A stretch of 64,000 bases of DNA from NCBI RefSeq assembly GCF_025612915.1, contig NC_069115.1, forward strand, positions 25,791,757 through 25,855,756, read 5' to 3'. Of the stretch, positions 49,161 to 59,764 are shown in pieces. The position numbers and the translations under genes were made by a program. The notes beneath the pieces were generated by a model, which was not told the origin of the DNA, did not search any database, and saw only the letters and a program-made list of their open reading frames with translations. The stretch comes from Crassostrea angulata. Taxonomy: Eukaryota. The number at the start of each line of letters is the position of its first letter. The stretch's first letter is position 1.

Positions 49161-50945
49161 TTGTTCATGTTTACTGAATGAAATTTTTGAAAATATAATT
49201 TATCTATAATTGCACATTTTTTCGCTTATTAAACATATATACTTCTTATCCATCATGCTTTCTATCATAATCAAGTAATTTTCTATTTCAACTATTTCAA
49301 GGTGTAGTGAGGCACCTTAACACTCATCGGACAGCCTCCTTGGATAATGAACTTTGGTTTAGAATATGCATGCATTTGTGCTTTAAGATTACATTGCATT
49401 TTTATACCACTGAAAGATAGCTATATACATGTACATGTATATTACGTATATCAGGTTTTTTCTGCGTCATGTTTTTTCCGCGAATCGCAGCCTAGAATGG
49501 TAACTATATAAAATTTATACAAATCAAATTTGCACTATTTCAAGTCACATTGAAAATATATATAATTCACGATTGTTTAAACTTGTGAGGTAAGAGGGAA
49601 AAAGCCTCTAAAATGTTGATCTTTGTAATGAAAAATTCGGACAATGAAACCATTTTCACAATTTCCTTAATGTGAAAGTATTACCGATAATTATTTTCAG
49701 AGATGCAAACAGTCATAGATGTACTGTTACATATACTGGTAGCTCATCGGTTTGCGTAAGGAAAGCGACCGTTTTAATTAGCTTGTTAATGGATTATTCA
49801 GTAAACAACAAGGCTTACAAGGCGGGGTTCAAAGTTTAACAAAGAAATTCATAGGTAAAATGTTTAAAAATCTTCTTCTCAAGAACCACAGCACCAGAAA
49901 AATCCACACAAAAGGTTGTATATAGTGAAGATTCAAAATTGTAAAAATCTCGACCCTCGGTCCAAAACTGGGGCCCCTGGCGGGGTTAAAAGTTTATCAT
50001 AGAAATACATAAGAAAAATGTTTACAAAATTTTTGTTCCATTTATTCAACTAAATTGTGCACCAAAATACCCAAATGTGTCTCCCTGATTATTGACAACT
50101 CATTGCATAAGTATATAAGTTTGTTTAATCAAGAAATGACGGATGAATACGATAAAGTGTAAAAATTCACTAAATATTATTTTAGTTTATCGCTTACAGT
50201 TTAATTGGAGACTGTGCCGAATAAAAATAAAGATTAATATGTAAAGGACTATGTGCGGTTTGGTCAAATATCTGCCCCCAATTTTAACCAATTTTTAAAT
50301 ATTACTGTATATAAATCAAATCTTCATAAATCAATGTACAGTGGACGCCTTTCACTTTAATCTTGATTTTAGTCATCATTGCGCATTCGCTGTTTATCTA
50401 TGACGTCATCCAAATGACCTAATTCTCGCAAATGTGCAAACAATCAAAAATATTCTCATTTTTGCTTTATATTTTGCATTCGGAAATATAGAGCACAGGT
50501 CTGCTCAAGTACGATTTTAACATATGTTTTTAGGGTCTTTCGTCTTCAGCGGAAGACCCTACTATTATTCTATTGTTTCTTTTTCACTTTTTTTCTTTAT
50601 TATTAAGGTCTTCCGTTTTCAACGGAAGACCTTATTGTTTTCGTTAGGTTTCATTTGACCTATTATTTTTCTTGTTTTTTTTCCTGCACCAAATTTTTCA
50701 AAACCATATACATTAAAAACAATTCGACGGATTTTCACGAAATTTTCACAGATAAAAGGGAGTACCTAAAGCTATGCATACGCATCTTTTCGAATATGAC
50801 GTCACTTCCGTTCGTCAACGTCGTTCAATTTACTTTTTTCAAAAATTCATTTTGTCCAGCAAATATTTAAAAAATGGTTGAAGATAGAAACTTCAAATTT
50901 TCAGCGATGATAGATCTACCTTTGGAAGGATGCCCTTAGGTTAAA

Positions 50946-51229
50946 TGGTTAACGTCCGTCACTTCCGGTCGTCACCAGAAGGAAAGACAAAAAATCGTTT
51001 TTTTCAACTTTTTTCTTATTTGATATTTTTATGTAGGGTTGATAGTGACCCTTTCACTGATTCAGAATATGTAATTTGTTTTAAAATTGAACGACGCATT
51101 CTCGAGATATCTAGCATCAAAGTTTTGAAGCGAAAGTCCGAATAGCTCAGTCGTTAGAGTCGTGGACATGTGCCCAGGCGACCCGTGTTCAAGCCCCGAG
51201 TGCCGATATTTTTTTTACCGAAATTTTTG
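50946..51229 (+). repeat. Module G copy 1: stem-loop CTTCCGG-tcgtca-CCGGAAG, a body, then a tRNA-derived segment with Pol III A and B boxes followed by a T(8) run
   Basis: TAGCTCAGTCG at tRNA positions 8-18 and GTTCAAGCC at positions 52-60 of a roughly 71-nt unit. The sequence does not fold into a canonical cloverleaf. Confidence 0.5.
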
Positions 51230-52446
51230 ACATTTTCAGATCTAACTAACGATGTTTTGAACCTTAACGGAATTTTTTTTTTAGTTGATGACATCATTTC
51301 CGTTTTTGAGATATTGACATTTTAAGGAATTTTAGGGTGTTGGTTTGTGCAAGAGTGTTCTCATGACCTACTTACGATATCGATTTCAGAATTTCAAGGA
51401 TGATAAATAAAAGATTGTTAATTTGTACAAAAGCATTTATATTTGCCAAGCACAAGAATTACCAGAGCTCGGTAGGGAACGAAAATTGAGATAAAAAAGC
51501 TTTGTAATTTTGCATGCTTTTCTCGCAATTATTTTGTTGAGGCATTTTTTGAAATATTTTTATTTACAAGATCTTTTGTTTGACATCATGAAAACGGGCT
51601 TGTCACTCAAATTAGCGACCTAGAACCCTTGAAAGTTTTCACTTTATAACCAAAAACGGTTAAGATTTAGATATTGCTGTCGCTGCAAATGTTGTTCATT
51701 ATGATCTTATTAATTTCGTAACAATAATTTTTTGTTCGGGTATTGCTTAATATGAGTGTAATAAGGTTGTTACCACGTATTTTTATTTCATTTGGAAAAA
51801 ACGGGGTATTTGTGCGCTGCAAATGTTGTTCATTGAAAAAGGCGTTCTATGTGATCTTGTCTACGTCATAAAATAGTTTAATGTTGAAAAGTAAAATTCA
51901 TTTGTCGAACTTCAAACATTTGAAACCCACCACGTTGAGTGTACATTTACATAACACGGGCCGAGGAGATGCTGCGCTTGTGGACAACCGATTCAATTCA
52001 CTGTAGTTAGGACACATGCTTCTCGTGTTTATACGTTATCACACATTTGAATGTTCATTGATTCTTTATTAAATTATTTCAATTCAAAAATTAGCGTTGA
52101 TGACGTCATATCAAAATCTAAAAATCGGACGGAAGACCTCTTTGTTGCTCGCAACGAGATCGTGTCTAGTTATCATTCTTTTTTTGTCTTACAAATTTTG
52201 TGCAAGCAATTTCTCGAAGATGGCTCATTTGATTTTCTTCAAATTTTAAGGGTTGATGTGTCGGCATCTGAAGTTTGTACCGCCGTTTCAATTTTTTGAT
52301 AATCACTTCCGGTCGGAAGTTATCGTCCGTTTACGATTTTTAAAAGTCAATTTTGTCAGCTAGAGATCCAAAAAACGAATAAAGATATAGAGCTGAAATT
52401 TTCAGTGAAGATAGACATCAATTTTACCTGTTCCAACATGGTCATA

Positions 52447-52729
52447 AAAACGTCCACCGTCACTTCCGGTCGTCACCGGAAGGAAAGATAAAAAATCGAT
52501 TTTTTCAACTTTTTGCTTTTTATATATTTTTCTAACGGGTTGATAGAGACTCTTTTACTTATTCCGAATATGTAATTTGTTTTGAAATCAATTGATGTGT
52601 TCCCGAGATATTAAGCATCAAAGTCCTGAAACAAGAGTCCGAATAGCTCAGTCGTTAGAGTCGTGGACATGTGCCTAGGCGATCCGGGCTCAAGCTTCGG
52701 GTGCCAAAATTTTTTTTTCTAATTTTTTG
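52447..52729 (+). repeat. Module G copy 2, 1501 bp downstream of copy 1. Same architecture, ending in T(10).
   Basis: About 85% identical to copy 1. Confidence 0.5.
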
Positions 52730-53059
52730 AGTTGATAAACAATATAGTCTTAAAAGTGAAGGATTTTATCTCATTTACTCAAAAATCGGACAGAAGACCC
52801 ACTCGTTGCTCGCAACGAGAACGATCTAGTTCTTCATATAATTATACACGTTATACTAAAAACTGGTACTTATTAGTTACACAAAACATTTTTATTCTGA
52901 TATTTTTTGATATACGACTATTGGTACAGAAATTTAAATTTATGATATCTATATTAAAGAAAATGTCAGCTCGACGCCTTTGTGGCCGTTCCGGCCTTTG
53001 ATATGTATAGGGAAGATTCTAAAATGTAAAAATTGTGACCCTTTGACCAAAACTCAAAT

Positions 53060-53137
53060 CAGCTTCTCTGAAGCAGCTTCTCTGATCAAACTTGTCTGTC
53101 GTCCATGTGTCTGTACAAACTGTTCACATTTTCAACA

Positions 53138-53171
<34 letters not shown>

Positions 53172-53511
53172 AAGCACAAAGAATCCTTAGGCAAAGGGGA
53201 TTCAAAATTGTGAAATTAAAGGACCACAACATTTATCAAGGGAAGATCATTAGGAATTATTGAAAAATTTGAGAATTTTTTTAAAATCGTCTTTAAAAAA
53301 ACCCCATTTTGCCAGGAGAGCTGAAACTTTTATTAAGCATTCTCGGGTCGATTCAAAGCTTTGAAAATCATGACACCCCCCCCCCCCCCCTCAAGCAAGA
53401 TCTACTGTACTTATTTGTCAAGATATTTTGATTTTGAGACTGTAATGCTAATTTGATCAGAGTTAGAGATACTGTTGCTCAGGTGAGCGATGTGGCCACT
53501 GTGCCTCTTGT
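53060..53511 (+). mobile_element. Compact family A element (degenerate head, one monomer, tail), 250 bp upstream of the MVP exon at 53763
   Basis: Tail is gttgctcaggtgagcgatgtggccactgtgcctcttgtt. A C(15) homopolymer lies at 53385-53401. Confidence 0.55.
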
Positions 53512-53762
53512 TTCTATACTTATTCTATTTCTCCCAAATGGTATTTTATCAGCATAAATATTATAAGGAACTTCTTTCGTATGTTTATTTGAAGCTGATG
53601 ACTGATTTAGCATATCCCAGTAAAGCAAATAACTGATGATATCTGATTATGGTTTGGAATGGATATACGTAACAAAAGTGTCAACAAAAAAATTAAGAGA
53701 TTTATGTATTAAGAAAATAATAGAGAGCATCAATTATGTTTTGATATTAAAGTTCAATAGAG

Positions 53763-53979
53763 GCAGCAGCATCGCATGAGGCAGCCAGAAATGAACAAAT
53801 AGCCAGGGGTGAATTGGAGAGGCAAAAACTCTATAATGAAAAAGAATCTGAAAAAGAACGATGTAAACTCTTGGAACTTCAAGCCGTCACTGCTGCAGTG
53901 GAGTCTTCTGGACAGGCTAAAGCAGAGGCCCAAGCTCAGGCCGAGCGCATTATCATTGAGTGTGAGAGCGAGATTGAAG
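53763..53979 (+). CDS. MVP: MVP exon. Encodes [72 protein letters not shown], corresponding to human [68 protein letters not shown]
   Basis: The acceptor AG is ambiguous between 53759-60 and 53761-62. The donor is G|GTGAGT, giving phase 1. Strong match to the coiled-coil region of MVP. Confidence 0.8.
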
Positions 53980-54183
53980 GTGAGTTCATCCAAAGCTTAT
54001 TCATAGAAAATATGATGGTTTTAATACACTTACAAATGGTTTGAACGCAAGTTCATACAACTTATTAGGTTCTTACCATATAAAATAGGATAAATAAGAT
54101 ATGATTGTATTGTCATTTAAATCGATATCAAATTGTAAAGGTTTAAACTTCATTTTACTATCGTGTGACTTTGTCTTTTATAG

Positions 54184-54248
54184 CTGCAAAACTGAGGGCA
54201 GAAGCAGCAGGAATAGAGCATAATGCTCAGTTAACCACACAGGAAGCG
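54184..54248 (+). CDS. MVP: MVP exon. Encodes AKLRAEAAGIEHNAQLTTQEA, corresponding to human AKLKAQALAIETEAELQRVQK
   Basis: Acceptor cttttatag and donor GTGCGT. Phase 1 entering the exon, phase 0 leaving it. Confidence 0.75.
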
Positions 54249-55715
54249 GTGCGTTTTTTTAAGCAATTGGTCTTTTTAGCAATTGGTCTTCGTCCGTCGT
54301 CATGCGTTGTGCGTTAATAATACATTTTCAACTTCTCCTTGAAAACTACAAGGCCAATTGTTACCATTTGGTGTGACGCATCTCTATGGTAAGAAGAAGC
54401 TAAATTGCGTTCCCCTCATTTTTTGACTTAAAAGACTTTTAGTGTTCAGTATAAACTTCGTAAAATTATAATGCCTAAAAATGTGCATTTTAGATTATTT
54501 TGTACAAGTTCAACAGAGGGCACTATCCTTCCAAGTACACTTTATTTAACCAAATAAAATACAAAAATTCATGTATACAAAAGCAGACAAAGTGACTATA
54601 TTTTGTCTTATATTTAGTCAAAAAATATTTAAACTTCAAATATACAATAAATGATAGCATTTTCGTACTTAAGAATTACGTTTACTCAGAATGCGAAAAA
54701 ATCCCACTGATGAAAATGAAATACCATATGTTGTATGTTATAGAAATTTGTAGTGTTATTTTTAACCTAAAAACTTTTTGAGTTAATGGCCTTTGTATTA
54801 TATTTTTTTGATAATTGAAAAAGAATCCTTTAAAATTTTACAATGTGATTAAGGTTTTCTTAATTGTGAAAATAGTACATACAAATTAACTCTTTAAAAT
54901 TGAAATACTGTTAATAAAGGGCAGTGTGGCTAATTAGATACCAAGAATTATAGTTAGGTTTTGAGAACCAATTTTTAAAAAATATCCCAGTCGGAATTTT
55001 TTCTATCAATTTTGCGAACTCCACCAACATTTGATTTACCCGGTAATTTAACAAAAACTGAATGATGATAACACTAAAACATTCATAGTCATGAACTAAA
55101 TATATTGTCCTTATTTTGCTGGCATGAAATTAATACAAGGTAAATGATCAAAGTTTTTAAACATTTTAACCAGGTTTTCCTAAAGAAAAATCCATTTATT
55201 GAAATGGTGAAAATGCAATATGTGCCTCACAATTATCCAAAAGATGGTACTAGATAAAACCAAAAGAAAATATTTAAACATTATATGTGACTATTGACTA
55301 ACAGATAAAATCTTCACTTAAATTTCCTCTGTTTTACCAAACGATTATTTTTTAATTCCATAGAATAATAAAGATATCAAATGTTATGGCGAAAGATTTT
55401 CATTTGAAGAATACTGTTGTTTAAAAAAAATTTAGCTCATGATATTTAACTTTACTTCAATCGGAATTTGGCACTCAAATCCTGAGTAAACAATGTGAGA
55501 GAGAATGCATGTACATGTAATTGGAGTTTTCAATATCTTTATTTGTTATACGGTGCTCTTAAGTTCAATTAAATTATTTATTGGCAAATTGTGTCATGAG
55601 TTTTTTATTTTTGTCTTTTTTCTCGAAAGACTTTTTGAATTATGCAAATATAATTTTTAACATCTCTGATTATTTTATTTTGTAAAATTATGTGTTAAAC
55701 CTTTTTGTTCTACAG

Positions 55716-55796
55716 CTACGAAAACAAGAACTAGATTATGCGAGAAATATGAACAGACTAGAAATTCATAAGGAAAGGGAAATGACAAATATTGAG
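55716..55796 (+). CDS. MVP: MVP exon. Encodes LRKQELDYARNMNRLEIHKEREMTNIE, corresponding to human [27 protein letters not shown]
   Basis: Acceptor tgttctacag and donor GTTTGA. Exon is 27 codons. Confidence 0.75.
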
Positions 55797-56015
55797 GTTT
55801 GAATAAATAAGTAAAAATAGAGCAAGATAAATTTCATATATTTTTCAATCTTCAATTTGTAATCAATTGTATTAGAAGGTTTTGAGGAATAAAGTGCAGA
55901 AAACAATTACACGGAATTATTATGTATATTCCAAATAACATTTTGTGACAACTTAATTCCTTTAAACCATGGTCATGAAACAATAACGAAGGTACAACAA
56001 ATTCATTTAATATAG

Positions 56016-56096
56016 GTAAAGAAGTTTAAGGATATGATTTCAACTATAGGAGGAAATGTATTGGCTGCCATTGCAACTGCAGGTCCAGCAAATCAG
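56016..56096 (+). CDS. MVP: MVP exon. Encodes VKKFKDMISTIGGNVLAAIATAGPANQ, corresponding to human [27 protein letters not shown]
   Basis: Acceptor ttaatatag and donor GTAAAA. Exon is 27 codons. Confidence 0.85.
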
Positions 56097-56214
56097 GTAA
56101 AAATGATTATAATTTTTTCATTTCTCTGGAGTTTTCAGAACCATAAGAAGCATTAAAGCTAAACAACATTACACTGTACATTAGAAGTATATATATTTAA
56201 GGTAATGCCATTTA

Positions 56215-56231
56215 TTAGGTCACCTGAGCCA

Positions 56232-56263
<32 letters not shown>

Positions 56264-56291
56264 GTCCGATGTCTGTCGTTGTCGTCATCGT

Positions 56292-56322
<31 letters not shown>

Positions 56323-57758
56323 AAGAACCGCTGGGCAAATTTCAACCAAATTTGGCACAAAGCACCACTAGGTAAAGGGGATTCCAGTTTGTTTAAATGA
56401 AGGGCCACGGAAAATTATTGAAAATTTGTTGGTATTTTTCAAAAATCTTCTTCTCAAAAACTATTCGGCCTGAAAAGCTTAAACTTGTGTGGAGGCATTC
56501 TCAGGTAGTGTAGATTCAAATTTGTTCAAATCATGGTCACCGCGGGTAGGGAGGGGCCACAGGGGAGGGTCAAGTTTTACATATGAATATATAGAGAAAA
56601 TCTTTTAAAAATCTTCTTCTCAAAAACTATTAGGCCAGGAAAGCTCAAATTAAAATGGAAGCATCTTCAGGTAGTGTAGATTCAAGTTTGTTCAAATCAT
56701 GGTCTCTGTGGGTAGGGTGGGGCCACAATAGGGGGGATCAAGTTTAACATAGGAATTTATAGAGGAAATCTTTAAAAATCTTCTTCTCAAAAACTATTAG
56801 GCCAGGAAAGCTTATATTTGAGTGGAAGCATCCTCAGATAGTGTAGTTTTAAGTTTGTTACAATCATGGTCACCGGGGGTAGCGTGGGGACACAATTGGG
56901 GGATCAAGTTTTACATAGGAATATTTAGAGGAAATCTTTAAAAATCTTTTTCTCAAAAACAAGAAAGCTCAAATTGGCGTGTAACCATCCTCAGATAATG
57001 TAGATTCAAGTCTGTTCAAATCATGGTACCTGGGGGTAGGGCGGGGCCACAATGGGGGATAGTTTTTATACATAGAGAAAATCTTTAAAAATCTTCTATT
57101 AGGCCAGGAAAGCCCACATTTGAGTTGAAGCATCCCCAGATCGTATAGATTCAAGTTTGTTTAAATAACAGTCCAGGGGTACAGTAAGGCCACAATGGGG
57201 GATGAATTTTTACATAGATATATAGAGAAAATCTTTAAAAATCTTCTTTTTAAAGACTATTTGGCCAGAAAAGCTTAAACTTGTGTAGAGGCATCCTCGG
57301 GTAGTGTAAATTCAAGTGTGCAAAATCAGTCCCTAGTGATAGGGCAGGGCTTTGATGGCGGTTTGAACTTTTACATAGGAATATATAGAGAAAATCTTTA
57401 AAAATATTCTGGGAAAGTTTTCGGTCCAAAACTCAGTACTTAGTGTGAAAGCACAGGTTATGCAGATTTAAGTTTGATGAAACCATGATTCCTTAGAGAA
57501 AAGTGGGGCCACGAAATTTTGGAGGGGGGGGGGGGGTACATAGGAATAGAGAAAAATCTTCTTACAGGTAGAATAACAAAAGGGGCTTGGTATTTACCAA
57601 AAAAAAAAGAGGTTGATAAAAATTGGCAGATTTTCAATTTGTTTTAGTAAGATATACTGTACTTAGTTGTCAAGATATTTTGATACTGAAATGCTAATTT
57701 GATTTAGAATTAAGGCAATTGTTGCTCAGGTGAGCTATGTGGCCCCTGGGCCTCTTGT
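56215..57758 (+). mobile_element. Family A composite element (head, about 7 monomers, tail) inside the last MVP intron
   Basis: Head is taggtcacctgagccaaaggctcaagtgagc. Tail ends ggcccctgggcctcttgtt at 57758. Confidence 0.7.
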
Positions 57759-57926
57759 TTTTATAATTATTTTAAACACCATGTAAACTTGAAAAAGAAT
57801 CAGACTCCCATTACAAATGCTGTTCATGTAAACTCATCATGGAAAAGCATTTATTACAGACATAAACTGAAATGTGTGTTAATCACTTCTGCAAAATTGT
57901 GTTTGAAATAACAATTATTTTTTTAG

Positions 57927-58034
57927 GTAAATATGTTGAAAGCCCTTGGATTGGAGAGCGTTCTGATCACTGATGGCAACAGCCCTGTCAATCTGTTTGA
58001 CACAGCCAGTGGTCTTGTAGGACAAAATCAGTAA
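57927..58034 (+). CDS. MVP: MVP terminal coding exon. Encodes [35 protein letters not shown] followed by a stop, corresponding to human [32 protein letters not shown]
   Basis: Acceptor tattttttttag. TAA stop codon at 58032-58034. Strong match to the MVP C-terminus. Confidence 0.9.
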   Translation, partial: VNMLKALGLESVLITDGNSPVNLFDTASGLVGQNQ

Positions 58035-58293
58035 ACTCTCCCAGGAGTTATCCAAAAATAATTTGTTTCTTTGACACCAATTTTGTTTTGTAAGAGTGTT
58101 GAATGAAACATTATAATGATTTCTTAGTATTAACTTTCAAGTGTGTTTTTGTAAGTGTATCTTGATGTTTTTCACTCTCTTTAATTAGTTAACCAACTTT
58201 GCCATTTGCAATTGTGAGATTATTACGTATATTTGAATTACATAACCAAGAAATATAATTTTCAGAATAATTTATTCTATACATTCTCGTTTA

Positions 58294-58299
58294 AATAAA
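58294..58299 (+). other. AATAAA polyadenylation signal, the likely end of the MVP 3' UTR
   Basis: First AATAAA after the stop codon, about 260 nt downstream. Confidence 0.4.
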
Positions 58300-59764
58300 A
58301 TATGTAAGAGATTATTTAAGTGTTATATTGTAGATTATTTTAAAATACTATTTACTTTACATTTATAGTCAAAATATTTCTGTATCTTTGATATCTTGAT
58401 AAATTCATTAGAATTTTGATAAACATTTTCATGTTAGATATACGTTATATTTTCCACACATTCATATCGTCCACTATCTAATTTATTTTCTTGCGAAATT
58501 TTGAATATTTTTGTGATTTATAAATTTTGAAATAAATAAAACATTCGTCAAATGCATCTCTTATCTTGTTTAGTTAATTTAAATAAATGGTACTTCTGTA
58601 CTATTTAAGGAAGTTGACTTAGTTTTATAAGGTTAATTTACAATAGCATGTCCTAATTAAGAATCAAACAAATAATAGCAAACATATTTATTTTATTAAA
58701 AAATGCATGGATTTCATGCTTAATAAGAGGCCAACAGACCTTAAGGATCACATTAGTACATTGTACTTTAGCGCGTACACAGTCTTGTCAAGGAATCTCA
58801 TATTTATGCATTTAATTAAGCTTCATTCTGGAGTAAAAAAAATCTTAAATGTGTTAATGACCACCCCCCCCCCCTTCCTGAAATCTTGCAATCATCCAAA
58901 TTTTATTGGGAATGTGACAAAAGGGTAGAAATGGCACTTGGCAAGTGCACTTTCGAATAATGAAAAAACTTTTTAAAAAATTTAATATAATTTATATATA
59001 CCGGTATATAGATATTCCACCTGTCTGGTGGTTATTTTAGCGTCAACTGTCTTTGCATGCAACCTGGCAAGGAACTTTCATCTAATCACCTGGCTATTCT
59101 AACAGGTTATGTCACTTGGTCAAGCATCGGACAACAAACAACTTGACACTTTACCACTTGCATGCAACTTATCACTACAGGTTTTATTTTACTTTTTTCT
59201 CTACCAATTCTCATGTTAAACAAATCTTGCAGAATATAACAAAGTGATATTCTATATCTATGCAACACTTCTGCACTCAATATTCACCACTCTATGGAAT
59301 TTTTTACCAACAAAGCTTTAGTTTTCTTACTATCCACAACTCTCTCTATAAATATTTTAATAAAATCTACAAAAACTTTCTGTTTTGTTATGTTTTATAT
59401 AACAAAATACATGTAAAACTCTTTTAATCATTGGACTTCTTAAGTACACAATTTACATTAATTACCTATTTCATAAACAAGCAACGGAGATAACACTTTT
59501 AACCGTTTCAGTACCCCCTCCCCCTTTTTTTAAAGACTGAACTCTTGCTCAGTGGTTGAAAAGGCTTTCCTGGTTACTTAAATTTGACAGATTCTTTCAT
59601 CTTTCTAAATGTGCAATCAGATTCTATTAGTAAGTAGACCTTGAGAAGATTATTAAACATTATATACAAAAAAACACAGTATTTTTGCCACATCTTGCAG
59701 TAAAAACCCCTTCATTCCCCGAGTGTCATGAAATTAACCATTTTGATAGAAAGCTTAGAGGTTT

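Noticed and set aside
51140-51215. A functional tRNA gene
   Set aside because: A and B boxes are present and a T-run follows. But the acceptor, anticodon and T stems cannot be paired into a cloverleaf, and position 33 is not T. It is treated as a tRNA-derived Pol III-like module or SINE segment. The same reasoning applies to 52632-52705 and 49075-49150.
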